Origin: Acanthaster planci
Lineage: Eukaryota
Assembly (NCBI RefSeq): GCF_001949145.1
Contig: NW_019091362.1
Location: 2,902,204-2,966,203 of the forward strand
Reading direction: 5' to 3'
Length of the DNA: 64,000 nt
Shown: one piece after another, positions 13,138 through 27,435 of the stretch
How positions within the stretch are numbered: position 1 is the first letter of the stretch
Layout: the number at the start of each line of letters is the position of its first letter
Position numbers and translations under genes: made by a program
Notes under the pieces: model-generated
What the model was told of the DNA's origin: nothing
Database searches by the model: none
The model's input: only the letters and a program-made list of their open reading frames with translations

Positions 13138-14721
13138 TGATATCCGCTCGGATTCATTCAATTGAGGTGTACCCCTAAGCAGCAACAGTGGAGACGAAAT
13201 TGTAAAATCAATTTGAAACTTTGGCAGTCATGTCACAGTTTGGTGTGGAATTGTCCACAAGGCAAAATGACTTCACTAACTCACGGGACATGTGCATGTA
13301 CATCACCGGTCTGCATGTACCACCACTTCACAAAATTTCGCTTGTCAGATGGATGGAAAGATTGTCTCTTGCTATTGACCGATAACTTGCCCATTCCGCC
13401 CTTCCTCTCCAAATGCTACTCACTTGTGCATGTACAGGCACGTGGCCCAAAATACATGTACTTTACCCACAGCCAAATGCCAGGCTCCACCAACCCGCCT
13501 TGGAAGGGGTTTAGCTGGTTTAACCAAACAACTCGGTCATGGACGTGATACCAAAACCAAAACCAAAAAAGAGAGAACTGTCCACAAATTTGCCAACACC
13601 TTTGAACAAATCCAAGTTTTTATACGTTTTGTGATAAACACATCGACAACTAGTCAATCTATTTCAAAAAACAAAATGTCATATTACATTTAATTTACAA
13701 TATCATGTATAAGAATTTGAATTTGATAAACCAGTAATTTGCTGTCTTAATTAATAACTGGCCAATGTGCTTTCAAAGATCTTTCATCTGCTTAATACAT
13801 CTCCTATGTGAAACCAAAATTTGTTTCATTCAAAAACTGTGAAAATTTGGCAGGTGCACATCCAAACGGTTGCACACATACGCAGCAATATCTGTAAAAA
13901 TTCAAAGCCACATTAAGCAAAGCACTAGTTTTACACCATTCAGGCCGAACTTACGCAGTTCACAATACACTTGTGTATGATATCCAGGGAACAAGAGAAT
14001 ACATGTACATGTATTGAAATAGTAAGGGGGAGGAATAGGCACCATGCAACGGAAGCAAATTTCACATTAGCCTTGTTACGCTCTGATGGATTCAAGCATT
14101 TCTGAATTATGGATGACAAGTCATAATCTAAAGTTCCCCGGCCCAAATGCAAAACATTTTTGGAAGTGATGGGGCCAGAGCATGATCCGGACATGCCAAT
14201 GAGTCGATCTGAGTAATACTTGAATATTTAACCTTTCATGCAATCAAACTTGAATACTTAAATACTGAATTTATGGGCCTGATTTTTCAAGTTATATACA
14301 TGTAAGTATCACATTCTCTGATGGCATAAGGGGAAAATAGAGAAAAAAGCTTCCAAAATTAGTGACTGAAGACAGGAAAACAAATACAAACATCAGTTAA
14401 ATCTAAAAGCAGTTTCGACGTGAAAAATGTGGAGAAATGAATGAGCAGCTAAAAGTGTTTAATAGGAAGTAGGCTAAGGCTTTTCAAGTGCAGTTTTGCT
14501 ATCCAAAATTAGAATTTGTTCAACTTTGTTTCAGTGCATTTTACTTTATGTATTTAATATTAAATTGTACAAAACATCAAGAATACTTGATTTTCAATAG
14601 AATATTCAAATATTCAACAAAGCCCTAACGTAATTATCAAAAAGTATCGCAGTTTGGCTAAAAATTCCGTTTGAGAGTAAGGAACACTGTATACATTATA
14701 TTGAGGTACTTGTACATGTCA

Positions 14722-16071
14722 TTGGTCTTTTCACAAAGGGACAAATTTTTTTATATCACTAGAATAAGACTTTTCGGGAAATCGTATTTAAAGTTGGTCT
14801 CTTTTTCCTTATTTAGCATGCCCCTTGACTTAACCAATGCTACTGTACGAAGGAGGGGATCTTAAATGACACAAAACTGCCAAATGATATTTATAGAAGT
14901 CAATCAAAATTGTTTATTTTGTAAACAAACAAATTCGCCTCTTTGTGAAAATGCTAAAATTCATGTGACTTTTGTCTATTTGTAAAAGCGCGGGCTATTT
15001 TGGTCATGGAGGAAGGACACAGAAGGAGTCTGTCACATCAAAGTGCTCGATGATCATCGCCGCCTGGTCAGACGAACAATAGTAAACATTTCAAAAATGC
15101 CTGATTACTGCCTGCAGCTTAGCCGGACAAGTGGGGCCAGTAATATTGTAACAAAATTTGTGGTGTTTTCTTTGGAATTAACTACAACCTATCGCAGTGA
15201 TCAGGAAGCAGAAAGAAAAAATATTTAAATTAGATTTACTTTTGTCTTTTGAATATTTTTTTAGGATTTTGATGCCCTTTTCCATTATCCATGCATATGT
15301 TTGTTATTTTATTTTGTCACTCCAAAACATCAGTTTTCAAAATCTTTGTATGAGTTTGGCTAAGACTGGCCAAAAACATGTTGAACACTACAGGACAGTT
15401 AAGTTCACAAAAAACAAAATGCGCTGTTCCATCACAGGGAGTGATCATGAGATCTCATAAAATACCCTTTTGTGTAAATTCCATAATAAAAATGATTCAA
15501 ATAAAACTCAAAATCTTACAAACAGCTTAGCTATTTATTCCCAAAGAAGTGCAGAAGAAAGCATTCGATAACGGTAACAACTGCACATGAACACTTCGGG
15601 TATACAGCCTAATAAAAGCAACTGTGCAAACACTACATTTGATGATGTTGTCGGATCATACCAAGCACCAACGATGGCATGAATATTTAACTTCCTTTAC
15701 TGCAATACACAACATTTTAGGGATGCAGATTACCAATGAAAAATTGCCGCGATGATCATGGGTACAAAGGGGGCTTATGGTTGCAAAACAGGTGGTGCGT
15801 AGCGAACATGCGCTCTGCTCTGGCTATGGACATACCGGGCATGCCAGGAAGCGGTAATTGGCCAGATGTTATAGCCCGGGCAGTTCAAACTCCTGTGTTT
15901 TGATATAGCATGTGTCAGTTGCAAAATTGTCAATTTGTGTACATGTAACTTTCCAGAGTAAAATTTGTCTCTCTGTGAAAATGGCAAAATGAGTTTGCCC
16001 ATGAATTTGCCCTTTATTGCTAATACTATATATATATGGAAGAAAAATTTGCCACTTCGTGGAAATGCTAA
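14722..16071. repeat. Cluster of four ~27-bp related motifs (one inverted, three direct); probable remains of MITE termini
   Basis: TTGGTCTTTTCACAAAGGGACAAATTT (14722-14748) is inverted relative to AAATTYGYC.CT..GTG.AAATG..AA at 14931-14957, 15961-15987 and 16045-16071. Confidence 0.55.
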
Positions 16072-18392
16072 ATGCTATTTGGTTGAAATTTGCCCCAGGG
16101 TAGATCATCGTGACTTGGCTGTTTCAGGAGATTTGGGAAGAAATGATTACACCAAGCGGTAGGCATCGCATAGCATCTATTTAATTTTGCCGAAAGAACA
16201 GAAATTTGAAAAAAAATCATGCTTCTGGGCCAAAGTGTCTCTTCGTGAAAACGGTGACAATGTATGCACAAGTGTTTCCTAACCTTAGAACCATGGGCAC
16301 ATCCTGTACTGGTACATATCCAATAGTGTAAAGGCATGCTCATTATCACTGTCAAGATAAATGGCCACCTGGCGAATCTGGCCACGCCCCCAAGGTTGCA
16401 AAGCAGAGAGGAGTCAAACAGAACTAGGCCAAGCAGGCTGCATGAACCTGATGTGAAAAGAAATACGTCCAGCTACATACATACATGTAGGTGGCAGGAA
16501 CCTACATGTCCATGTACCTGCACTTCTCAATGCAACTTACATGTGTGGCAATCTGACTTAATTGAAAGACAGTACACGTACACACCATGCATGAAAAGGT
16601 TCAGTAAACTGGGACAGAAATAAACTTGGAAAAGGCACTGCAGAATAGTATAAGTATAAAAATACCACATATATGGACATGTAATTTGAGGGAAAGGAAC
16701 CACCATTTTTATGAGTCCCAGGATGTTGTGCAGTTGGCTCCCTCCTGACCATAAATGGGTGGGGGTAACTATTTTTAGATCTCTGGCATTACATTACTGT
16801 GCACGTACGGGAACCTGGCTGTACGCATACTGTATACTGGTCCATCAAGGCACATCAGTACATCGATTCTGACTCTTGACTTGTTTTTGTGTAACCTTTT
16901 TTTGTTACTTGGCACAAACACCCTGTGTTAATGGACGTCCTGGGTTCTATTCTCTGAATGACAGAAGTACAGTGTAACTGGGATTTTTCAAATGTTTTCC
17001 TGATGAGGCAGGGAAAGTGCAGTGAGAAGGCCCATGCCTTGCTGTTATGAAAGATAAGTTTATTATTTTGAAAATTTGTAAAGCTATGTAAGAAAGTGTT
17101 TATGACATGCTTGTACCAGCGTATTTCTGCAGAACAGTTACACTACACTTCTGTTATGCACCTGTGTCTCTGTACAATACTCAAACATTCAAATTTGTGT
17201 ATCGCCTTCATTGCATGTGTGTGCATTTGCGTTGAACACAATGAACCCGTCTCTCCAAGGCACATGTTTTTGAAGCTATTTTGGGGGGCTTTTTTCCAAG
17301 CTTTTTCAAACTGCCACTAACTATAAAGCCAAAGACTTATAAAAAGGACAGTTCCACTGGCAGCAAATGGTGCCCACGACCGTGACATTTTCCCCCTCAC
17401 TTTTCACACTGATGAATACCCTGTAAAGTGTGAAGAACAATTTTTTTTTTTTTGGTAAATTTTGTTTTGAGGCTGGTCTCGGACTTCTGACCACATTAGC
17501 TGAATAAAATGTGCCAATGGTAAAAAGCTTCATATCCCAGTTGGTGCTCTGGTGCTGATCAAAACAGCCAAGTTCACGAACGTCTGATTTATGACTGCCC
17601 CTCTGCTGCTGTTATTTGTACAACACATGCAGTAATTGGCACTCAACATTCCGCTAGTAGCTTGATATGTAAACTTGAGGTCTTTTTCTTCTTCTCTGGT
17701 AAAACTAGAATGGTGTAGAAACTGCTGGAGCATTAAAATTTGTGTTGCATACATGTATAGTGTGAAACATACATGCTTGCATACATCAATAGGGCATATT
17801 TGCAACACATACATCATTACTTGCATCATCACGTGTACAGTATGTTCTTGGTTTGGACGGTCCTTTGTGTATGATATAACATTTCTTCATACATGATTCC
17901 ACAGTGCCTCCACCTTTAAAGCAGCAAAACCATTAATCAATTCAATATACCATATATGCATGTTCAACAAAGTGGAAAAAGGTTTGAACCAACATTTGAG
18001 CTGTATTGTATGTAGCAGAAGGTCATTGCCTCAGCCCAATTTATTACTAGTTTCAGACCAGATTGTCTGGCTTTCTGACTGCGGCGGTCCAAATGCAAAC
18101 TCAGCCCATGTCTCAGACTGAAGTCCCCGTGGGAGCAAGCACAGATCAATGAGACTCATATTCGGAGCAATGTCCCCAACTCAAGAAAATACCGGTACAG
18201 AATTGTGTCTTGTCTTCGTGATTGCTTGAGAAAGTGTTACTTTTGATAATGCCTGAATGCCTTAGAAGTTATATTCTTCCCAGTCATACAGTACCTTTTA
18301 GCGGCAAAAAAAAAGAAAAAAAATTCAGAGATATCAATAAAATTGTACTTGTTTTCCAAATAAATCTGTGCATAAACTAAAGGGGGCGCTCT

Positions 18393-18405
18393 GTTGCCTA
18401 GCAAC
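18393..18405. promoter_or_regulatory. RFX X-box-like motif
   Basis: GTTGCCTAGCAAC, directly after a CTCF-like AAAGGGGGCGCT. Motif match only. Confidence 0.35.
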
Positions 18406-21400
18406 CAGGGAGAGTGAGGAGCATGTACAACGCGTATTATTTGTTGTGCATGCGCAGAGTACATCTATGTTGACATTGGCAATCAATGCCAATGTAACCA
18501 GGAATGCCATGTTTAGCTGGAAGTGGACTGGCTTGAGGATCATCCGTCCCAATTTGGATTGCCTGAGTTCGAGTATAAATTGCATCAAGCCCCTTTTCTT
18601 TTTTCTGTTTTTATCTACATGTATCTCTTTCTTTTTCAACTTAAACCAACTGAAGAGCTGAATTTCAACTCTACTGATCATTTTGCAATGATGCAAGTTC
18701 TACTGAGTGGTATTAATTTATGTACAGGAGTACAAAACACAAGCACATGTGCATGTACAATTACCTCAGATACATGTAAATAGATCGCTGTTTTCTTTGA
18801 AGTAAGACACTCACTAAATTTCATCTGACAATGAGAATTATGTTTAGCTGGTTGGCAACCTAGATCCTCTCTGTGGACTGATATCATGATCCTTATGTAC
18901 ATGTACATGTACCACAATATATTGTATACATGCATGCACACTACCTGTATTTCCTCTATAGCAATTGTCCTACAGCCGTGGCCTAAATGTATTAAATCTC
19001 GGGGGGGGGGGCAGAAGGAAAAACCAGCTCTGAAATGAGTATACAAGCGATATTTGAATGAGTTTATTGTTCAGAATTTTCATGGGCACAAACTGAGGCA
19101 AATGCCAGTATCTTTTCAGTCTGGGACCCAAGGGGATATCAGCATCAATTAGGAAGTCCTAATATTTTTTTTCTTTATCAGACTGCAAAAGCTTTTCAGG
19201 ATATTTTGGGAGATCCATATGCAGGGCTTTGGGGGGGAGGGTGAGGGGGGATGCAGGGGAGGGAGACGACTAAAAGAGTGAATACATGAATGAAGTAAGG
19301 AATCCCTCCAATAACCAGCTCTATTTCTAAATAGTTCTACTAGAGAGGCATGCCAATTTTTAGATTTATAGAATTTATTCTCAGTGCATAAATGAATGTG
19401 ACAATCTGCTCTTTTGACCAAGGCATGTGGGTCGAAATAAGAGGGAACATGGGGTCAGACTGTGCCTGTTCATCTCTTCTGTGGCTGGATAAGGAAAGCA
19501 ATAACTGATGGCTGGTTTTTCACACTACTGATTAATTAAAAATTCTAGATCAGTCTATTGGATCTCGAACTGAATGCACCTTCCCTACCCAATGTCAAGT
19601 CTGAAATAAAGGCAAGGTAAAGTTGTACCCAAGCAAGAATCCCTCATTAATTTCTTTGAATTCTTGGTCAACTGGTTTTTAGAGGTCCAGATTTCTCTGG
19701 GGAAAATTTACTCCCACGCCTGGAAGATATCAGATAAGTGAGAAGTACACATGTACTTCATCATGTGGAGTAAAACTAGCTCAGGCTTTGCACATACGTG
19801 GGCAGATCGAAAATTGATAAACATCCAAACACTTTTTTGAGTCAAATTTCAGCCTTAAGGTTTTAGTTCAAGCAGGCATCTGTTACCATCCTTCTGCCAA
19901 AGAGGGTGGATTATGTCCAATGATAGGAAAAGCCCAACCACTCAAGCATGTCTTAACATGAACATGTCTGCCATAAAAACATCTACACGTACACATAGAT
20001 GTACATGGCAATGTCACTGACAAATGAATGATCTCTTAGGAATGCTTTTATTTATGAATTCGGCATTTACGGTCTGATGTGCACAGTACATGTACATGTA
20101 CATGCACTTACGCACAAACACAGTCATCAATTTTGGGATCCACCACTCAAGTACAACTGAGGGAGTTTTCTATTGTAAAGGCATATTTTGGCATACATGT
20201 AAGTTGGACCCATGGAAGGAAGAATCAGATTAAAGATGTCTGTTGTAAATAAACATGTATTATGCCAATATGCAAATGTACTCTTACAAAAAAAATTCAA
20301 AATAGAATTTGGTAACTTCTTCATTTAAGGTGTGAACAAGTCTGACAAACTGTGTTTCTTGCTAAAATATAAATGTAAGTACATCAACATCTCCCAAAAA
20401 TCTCAATGAAGGGAAAACAGTATACAAGTTGGCCTACAAGAAAAGAGAATATTGTACATGTACATGAATATGTACACAGTACATGTACACAGTGCATGTG
20501 GAAACTGTATGTGTGTGCATCTACGTAAACGTACAGGCAACAGTACAATACAGGACATGACAGTGGGAAAAGGCGACGTGTACTGCATACCTTGCTATGT
20601 GGCACACTAAAAATTGGAACAACCTCTGGGAAAAAGTACAAGAGACATCTCACGGCAAACAGTATGGTGAAAAGTCAATCACATGGGTTGTATGCTATGG
20701 TTGCTAGGGACATCAACATAATTTCGTGATGAGATATGGAATGAAAAAAGCGAGTTTTTCATCAATTACTCTGGCTTGACTTCAAATCCTGCGCCATCCT
20801 GACACCTGACACCCTGGCCAGTGAAGGTCCTTTCTGTCAATTCAGTGAAGAATTACACCATCACATCCATTTTCTAGGGACAAATTCAATCTGGCCGGGA
20901 ACCTGAGAATTCTGCTAGCCGGTGCGTTGCGTGGAGCGCCCGATGTGCCTTCCGAGGCTGTGTGATAGATCAATCATTATCGATTGTGGGCCCACTGAAA
21001 ATGAGTCAACACAACACTAATCACATTTTGATGATATTTTCGCATTTTTATTTCACCTTGCCTTAAAGGCCAGGGCTCTCGCAATGGTAAAACAAACAAC
21101 AAAAAACAGGCAGCTTTTTATTCAGCATTTCCACGAACCCTGATGACATGCAGCCTGATAAAGCGTCACTGTACTTTATTCACCCTTCAAAATGAGAAGC
21201 AATACATTAAAGTGCAGGCATGATGTAAGTTCTGCAGAGGTACAGTACATGTAGATTAAGCTTCAAGTGGATAGCATTTCACCTGGGCTACATGCATTTG
21301 CAATATAGCTAACGCTTCTTGGATTACCGTATCACCATGAATACAGCATAGAACTTCACTGGTCCAAAATGGCCACATGTTGACTTGGTAAAAATGGAAG

Positions 21401-22022
21401 CAGCGTCAAATGTCACCATGTGTGTCACAACGGTGCAGTAAGCAGTGCTGCACGTCCCATGTGCAGGGCGTGCCATGCAAGTCGCGCCAGGGCATTTCTG
21501 CAACCCCGTCAATCTCTCCTCCAACAGAACAGCTCACAGTCATCATACGCTCTCCCAAGATGATTCTATCTTGGTGCAGAGAAGTCCAGGACTCATTTTT
21601 TTTCTCATTTTACATGCTGGCACCATATACAGGTAACAAAACAGTTGTTGACTGCTGAGACGTGGATCCTGATATTTTTTCAAACCCCTCTTATTTTTAC
21701 CTTTGTCATTTCCCACATCACAGTAGTTATAGGTCTTTAACACAAACCTTGCACCAAATTCTGAAGATGAATAAACAATTACTGTCATACAGACTTGTAG
21801 CTATAATTTTTTTTTCATTTTTCAATGGAATGGAGATTAAGGACTTGCATCCAGCTGGAAAATATTTCAAAGGGGATGGGGGGCTACTAACCATTACTCC
21901 AAGTGAATCTCCTTTTAGACCACCTTTTCGAACCAAGATCTTTTCAAGCTACATAACTCACAAGAAACTACAGCATATGGATCATTCCATGAGGTTGGGG
22001 CACAATTTGTGACGGTGTCCTT

Positions 22023-22036
22023 GTTACCTTGGTAAC
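22023..22036. promoter_or_regulatory. RFX X-box-like motif
   Basis: Near-palindromic GTTACCTTGGTAAC. Confidence 0.35.
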
Positions 22037-25000
22037 TTTTTACCACCTGTCTGACCTGTAGAGTAGGTCATTTACTCTGTAAAAATAACACACACCTCTG
22101 TATTCAGCCTTGCAAGATGTAAAACAATGTCAATTTGGAATCCACATGCAGGGAAATAGCTGTTCATTTTTACGAAACCCATGTAACAATTGACACTGTC
22201 ACAAATTGTGCCCCAACCTCACGGAATGACCCATGTACTGTACATGTACATTTACTGCTTTCGTACAATGCCGAATCTTGCACACACCAGTATCTTACAA
22301 ATATTATGCAAGTACATTGCATGTATGCGCATGTGAAGCACAGTCTTTGTCCAAAGGTGACGTATTCTTTTAATCCTTTGAGATAAAATGTGACGAACTG
22401 GAGGAAATGCAAAAACCGGGCGTGCTGAATCACTTCACAGATAAGTTTTCCAACCCTCTTGTCAATCTGATGTCAAGCACAGCGCTCAGAGAGGATCTCA
22501 GGTGCCATTTTCCACATTGGCGATTGAGGGTAACGGAGCGAGGTGGCACGGGCTCATGAATGTTGATCGTCGCCAGACACCTTGCGAAAGAACCATATCA
22601 ACCAGCATACCTAAAACTGGGCCAAGTCATGAGGGCTGTCTCTGTGGCCAACGAAGACAAATCGACAAGTCCCTGGCTTCAATGCAAGCCTGACACACAG
22701 GTTTCCGAGTCAATTCATTCCTTTTTTTTCATAAGACAGGAAAAAACACAGTGACAAATAAAAATTTGGCTGTTCCAAGGAATGTGTTCTTTATCATGCA
22801 TGTACACGAAACATATGACTGTGAAGTAAATGTATGCTTTTCTAAAAAAAAAATTGGTTTGGCCACCTTTTAAGAATAAACATGAACTTGTAACACTGCT
22901 GATATAATATTTGACTTCTGATAAAAATGGCTTTATGTCCGATGTGGATGTTGAAGCCAACACAGAATTAGACAAACATAGGTATTCTTGGCGATTTAAG
23001 CAGTGACGTATCTGGGATAAAAAATGAAGTGTGGAAAAACATCTATGAGAAGAAAATCAAGACAGACTTGATTTCAAACACTCACGAGGCAGTGCTGGAA
23101 CAAACACACTGACAGCTGATTAAGTATCCTTTTCCAGGAATACTTTCAGTCAACATTACCGGAGACCAAGTGTACTGATGAATCAAATACTTAAAGCTGT
23201 TTATTTGATACAATTTAAATCTTTAAAATATATTAATATTTCAATTCAACCTCATTTGTGTTACAGTTACATGTATCAAAAGATTGCAAGTACGTGTACG
23301 TGTGCTGTATTACTAACAAAACGAAAAAATGGCACTGACTAGCAGCACACCCCATGCATACATAGTACCTGCTAACCATTCCGAATTTGGCAGAATCATT
23401 ACGAATGTACAAGCTGCTTTACGAATTACGAATTCGTCAACCATTATCACTTGTTTCTGCAAAACTGTTTACTTTGATGATTGAATACAGGAATTTTAAT
23501 TATAAACCAGAAGTGCGTGGTGAGTCAATTATTTCTCCATCTTTTTGTTGTCTCATTTGAACATAATTTGATCGGGTCGTGGGTGGGTCATGCACATACT
23601 AGAGCAAAATGTTGACCAATGGGATCTTAATGACATCACTGGTGCCCGGGCCTACGACTTCACACTCAAAATGACGGTCACTAGTGTTCGAGTTCAACCG
23701 AGGATCCGAAGATACACGAAGTGCTTCCAGCTTTCGTTGGTGACCTGAAGTAACCGCTACTTTAAAAAAAAACGGTTCCCAGTGTTTTCGATCCGAAGAT
23801 ACACAAAGTGCTGGCGCGAGTGTGCATGTGTGCAGCTTCGCATGAGCATGATCGAGATCCCGACAGTGTGCTGAGGAAGAAGTAATCAAAACGCCGCCAA
23901 ACAACGCATATTGCAGAAATTCTGGGCTGAATACTCAAACAAGTACCCATTGATTGCTTCTTCGAATGTTGGAGAACACTATGCTTTTTGTACGATTTGT
24001 CAAGGAGATTTCAATATGTCCCACAGAGGACTTCATGACATGAAACATATGGAAGTACACTAATTTTTTCAGCACGCCACCTGATAACAGCGTGATCAAG
24101 GCTGAAGTGTTGTTCACAGAGTGCATGATTGAGCATAGTTTGTTTTTATCATTTTCTGATCACATGGTTGAAAATTTCCTGATAGATGTACATGTTCACA
24201 TATGTAAATGTAATGCACATGTAGATGTGCTTCTGATTTGACACCAGGTGAACTTATCAGAGTTATGGGGGTGATACGGTGCACATTGATTGCAAGCACA
24301 TCTGATGTATCACATGATTTTGCTTGATTACTGTTTTTATTCCACACAGTTGGCAGGTATGTCCATGTAAGAACATGTAAAATGGTGGTGGTGGTGGTGT
24401 GCAAACCCCACCCATGACAGCAAGTGGGTCACAGTGCATCCATCTATTGCATGGCAATATCAGCAAGTTTTCATCTGAATGTGCACAAATTGGTAGCATT
24501 TTTTGTGTGTGGGTACCATGTGAAAGCATCAAGAGCATTCAACTGTTTACCTCTGTGTGCCACCACAGAGTGGTCTTGAAAAACCTATTATTCCTGTTCA
24601 CGTAAGTGAAACACTTGATTTTCCTGCATGCCGCTGGTTGTTTCTTATGTAAGTGGTTACAGGTGCCAAACTTATCAATTACTGGTTCAGAAAGAAAAGA
24701 ACGAGGGGTCAATTCACTTACTTGTTAGGTCGATGGAATCCATGCTTGAGTCGCACATTGTTGCTGGCACAGGGCCACCCAAACATCACCCTAACAGTGA
24801 AACAAGACAAAAGCACTAGTCAAGGTTCCCAATCTACATTTACGTACAATTAAGAAAAAGTGATTCAAAAAGAAGTTCAAAAAGATTATCGGCTTTATTA
24901 CTTTTGATTTGAGAATTGCCCAAAAGCTTAAGTTGTGTTCGTTTGGCGCTTAAAAAGTAGTAAATCAAGTTCATTAAAGTGCAGGTTTCATCATTGGAGG

Positions 25001-27298
25001 TGTTACAGAAACATGTTTTTGAGATTGGCACATGACTAACTTTAACTGTTTCTGTCCCACAGCTTAGGTCTCACCTCAACCAACTATTTTAAAGGGTGGC
25101 TTGCTTGTATCCTGTCAAAAGAGGGCAGTCTTCAGAGCTCCGATTCAACCTGCCAGTCCTTCAGATTCAAGGCCAATCTGTCTGAGTCTGGCAACTCATG
25201 ACCCATGCAACAGTGGATAATTGAAACACTGCAGAATCGTCTGCTTTAGTGCTTTTGCAGAACTTTTAGATTTCTGTATAATAAAAATGAGGGGGGAAAA
25301 GCAAAACAGATTAATTTATGAGGCTATTTAAGCCCAGCACACACAGTTTTGTAAAATATTGTTAGACACATTATGGAAGGAAACATTCTCCATGTAGTAA
25401 TGGGCTATATCTTTTTGTAGCTTAGAATACAAGCACTTTCTGTTTTGGATTGCTTAAAATGTTTAAGGGAAAGAGTTCCATACACAGGCATCAACTGGCA
25501 CCCTGTGCACCAACCCTATGAGACTGGTCTAAACATTGTGTTTTCTGAGTAAATGCTTCAATACTTTCGATGCTAAATTTGACTTTTAGGGCATGTTATC
25601 ACTTCCTGATGGCTTATAGACCACTGCAAGGGAAAATAAGTAATGTCCGTATATGGAACTCGCACCTGTCAAAGTTATGGCACATGCATTTTTGACACAG
25701 TCTGAGAGAACTGTAGCGGTGGGGAATACGCAAATTTACATGATTTGGCTGCAAGTGCACATGTACCAGTTTGAATAAATTAATTCACCAAAAAAAACCA
25801 ATTTATCAAATATGGATCTAACAAAGAATCAATGCAGAGAACTACATTGTAAACTTCCACTTAAAATATTTACATTTACAGACAACTTGTGGGTATCGTT
25901 CAGATGTTTTCTGACTGGGTTAAGATTAGTGTAACCCTTGTGAAAATAGGAAATTTGTCACATTAACATACACTGAACAATCCACTGGTTTTCCAAAACT
26001 GGGCAAGAAAGTAAATCAATAGAGATGGCAATAAAAATGTTAACACAACATTCAGATGTCTGTGCAGATTCGGAGTAATCAAGTTCTGACCTTTTTTTAA
26101 AATGCAAATTGCAGGATCTCCCGGGCAACAGAGTGGCAAATAATCCAATAGCCGTTCAATGATCTAGCGTTCTGCACGCACCACACATGCAAATTTAGAT
26201 TTTTGGCAATGTACCAATGTACTCCTCAGGGAAACAATACTGTACATGTACACGTATGTAGGCCATTTTCTTTACGCTACCCTCATTTGGTCCTTGTTGC
26301 TTTTGGGACATTCCTATTGCTGAATACGTTTAAAAAGTGAAGTGTGAATTTACACATACTTTCAACTCTTATCATTTAAAAGTAATTTACATTTTAATGT
26401 GATACTAACATCTTCTTGCCCCAAACTCTTCATGCCTATAATGTGCCACAATCCTACCTGCCTTCTTTGCTGTACATCTGCACTCCAGTGGGATGCTAAT
26501 TATGCATTTTTTGTTACATGAGTATTATAGGCCAGCATCCTCATGCTGGGCAAACATAAAGAACAACCACCTTCCATCTTTTTTACTTTGAAAGCCAGTT
26601 AATGTCAGATTTTTCTACCCAAAAAAAGCTGTTGGGGGTGGGTTTTTACCTGCAAATTGTTCAACCTTGCAATTCCAACGCGTCAATACGTTAACGGCGG
26701 AAATGAAAAAAGAATTCTGAAACGAGTGTACACGTCCTCCAAGGAACAAATAAGGAAAATTACTGTATGTGCGTTTGCACATCATCCAGCGTCAAGTGGT
26801 TAATTCCGTTAGAATGAGGTACATGTAGCCCCTTCTGGCAACATGAACGACAAATGAAAGATATTCAGTGCCCTATCAATTACTCAAAAAACCTATTTTT
26901 CACCCTCATCAACTCCTTCTAGACACCAGACGGTGTGTAGAATTTCAATGTTATCACCATTTCATGAATTTGACAATATACATGTACACTACCTGGTACA
27001 TGTACATGTACATAGAATTATTACACTTTCCCTACCATGGGAAAGGCTCTTTGGCTTTTCAATCTGTGAACTTGAAAGGTGACGAGAGTAAGGTTTAAGT
27101 TCCTTGACTTACCGGTACATGCAAAATGTGAAGAGGATAAGGCCACATCCACATTCCACAGGGCTAAGATGTGACAATTACCATGACATTTAATGCAATT
27201 TTGCAGCAGAAAAAGTTTGATATCCTGGTAATGTTATCATTCTTCTGCCATCACATAAAAAGCAGCCTATGGCCCATCAAAATAACCCTTGCATTCTT

Positions 27299-27435
27299 GA
27301 TTTCCATGACCTTCCCATGACCTTTTTCCTCTGACAACAACAATATCATACAACAATATCCCATTTTCCAATCATTTGCTATGACTTTCCAGGTCAACTT
27401 CTTCCCCAGGAATTGCCGTGACTGCGAGAACCCTG
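27299..27435. mobile_element. Fragment of the same CAGGGTTC/CCATGAC family
   Basis: TTTCCATGACCTTCCCATGACC...ATGACTTTCCAGG...GAGAACCCTG; the end is the reverse complement of CAGGGTTC. Confidence 0.45.
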
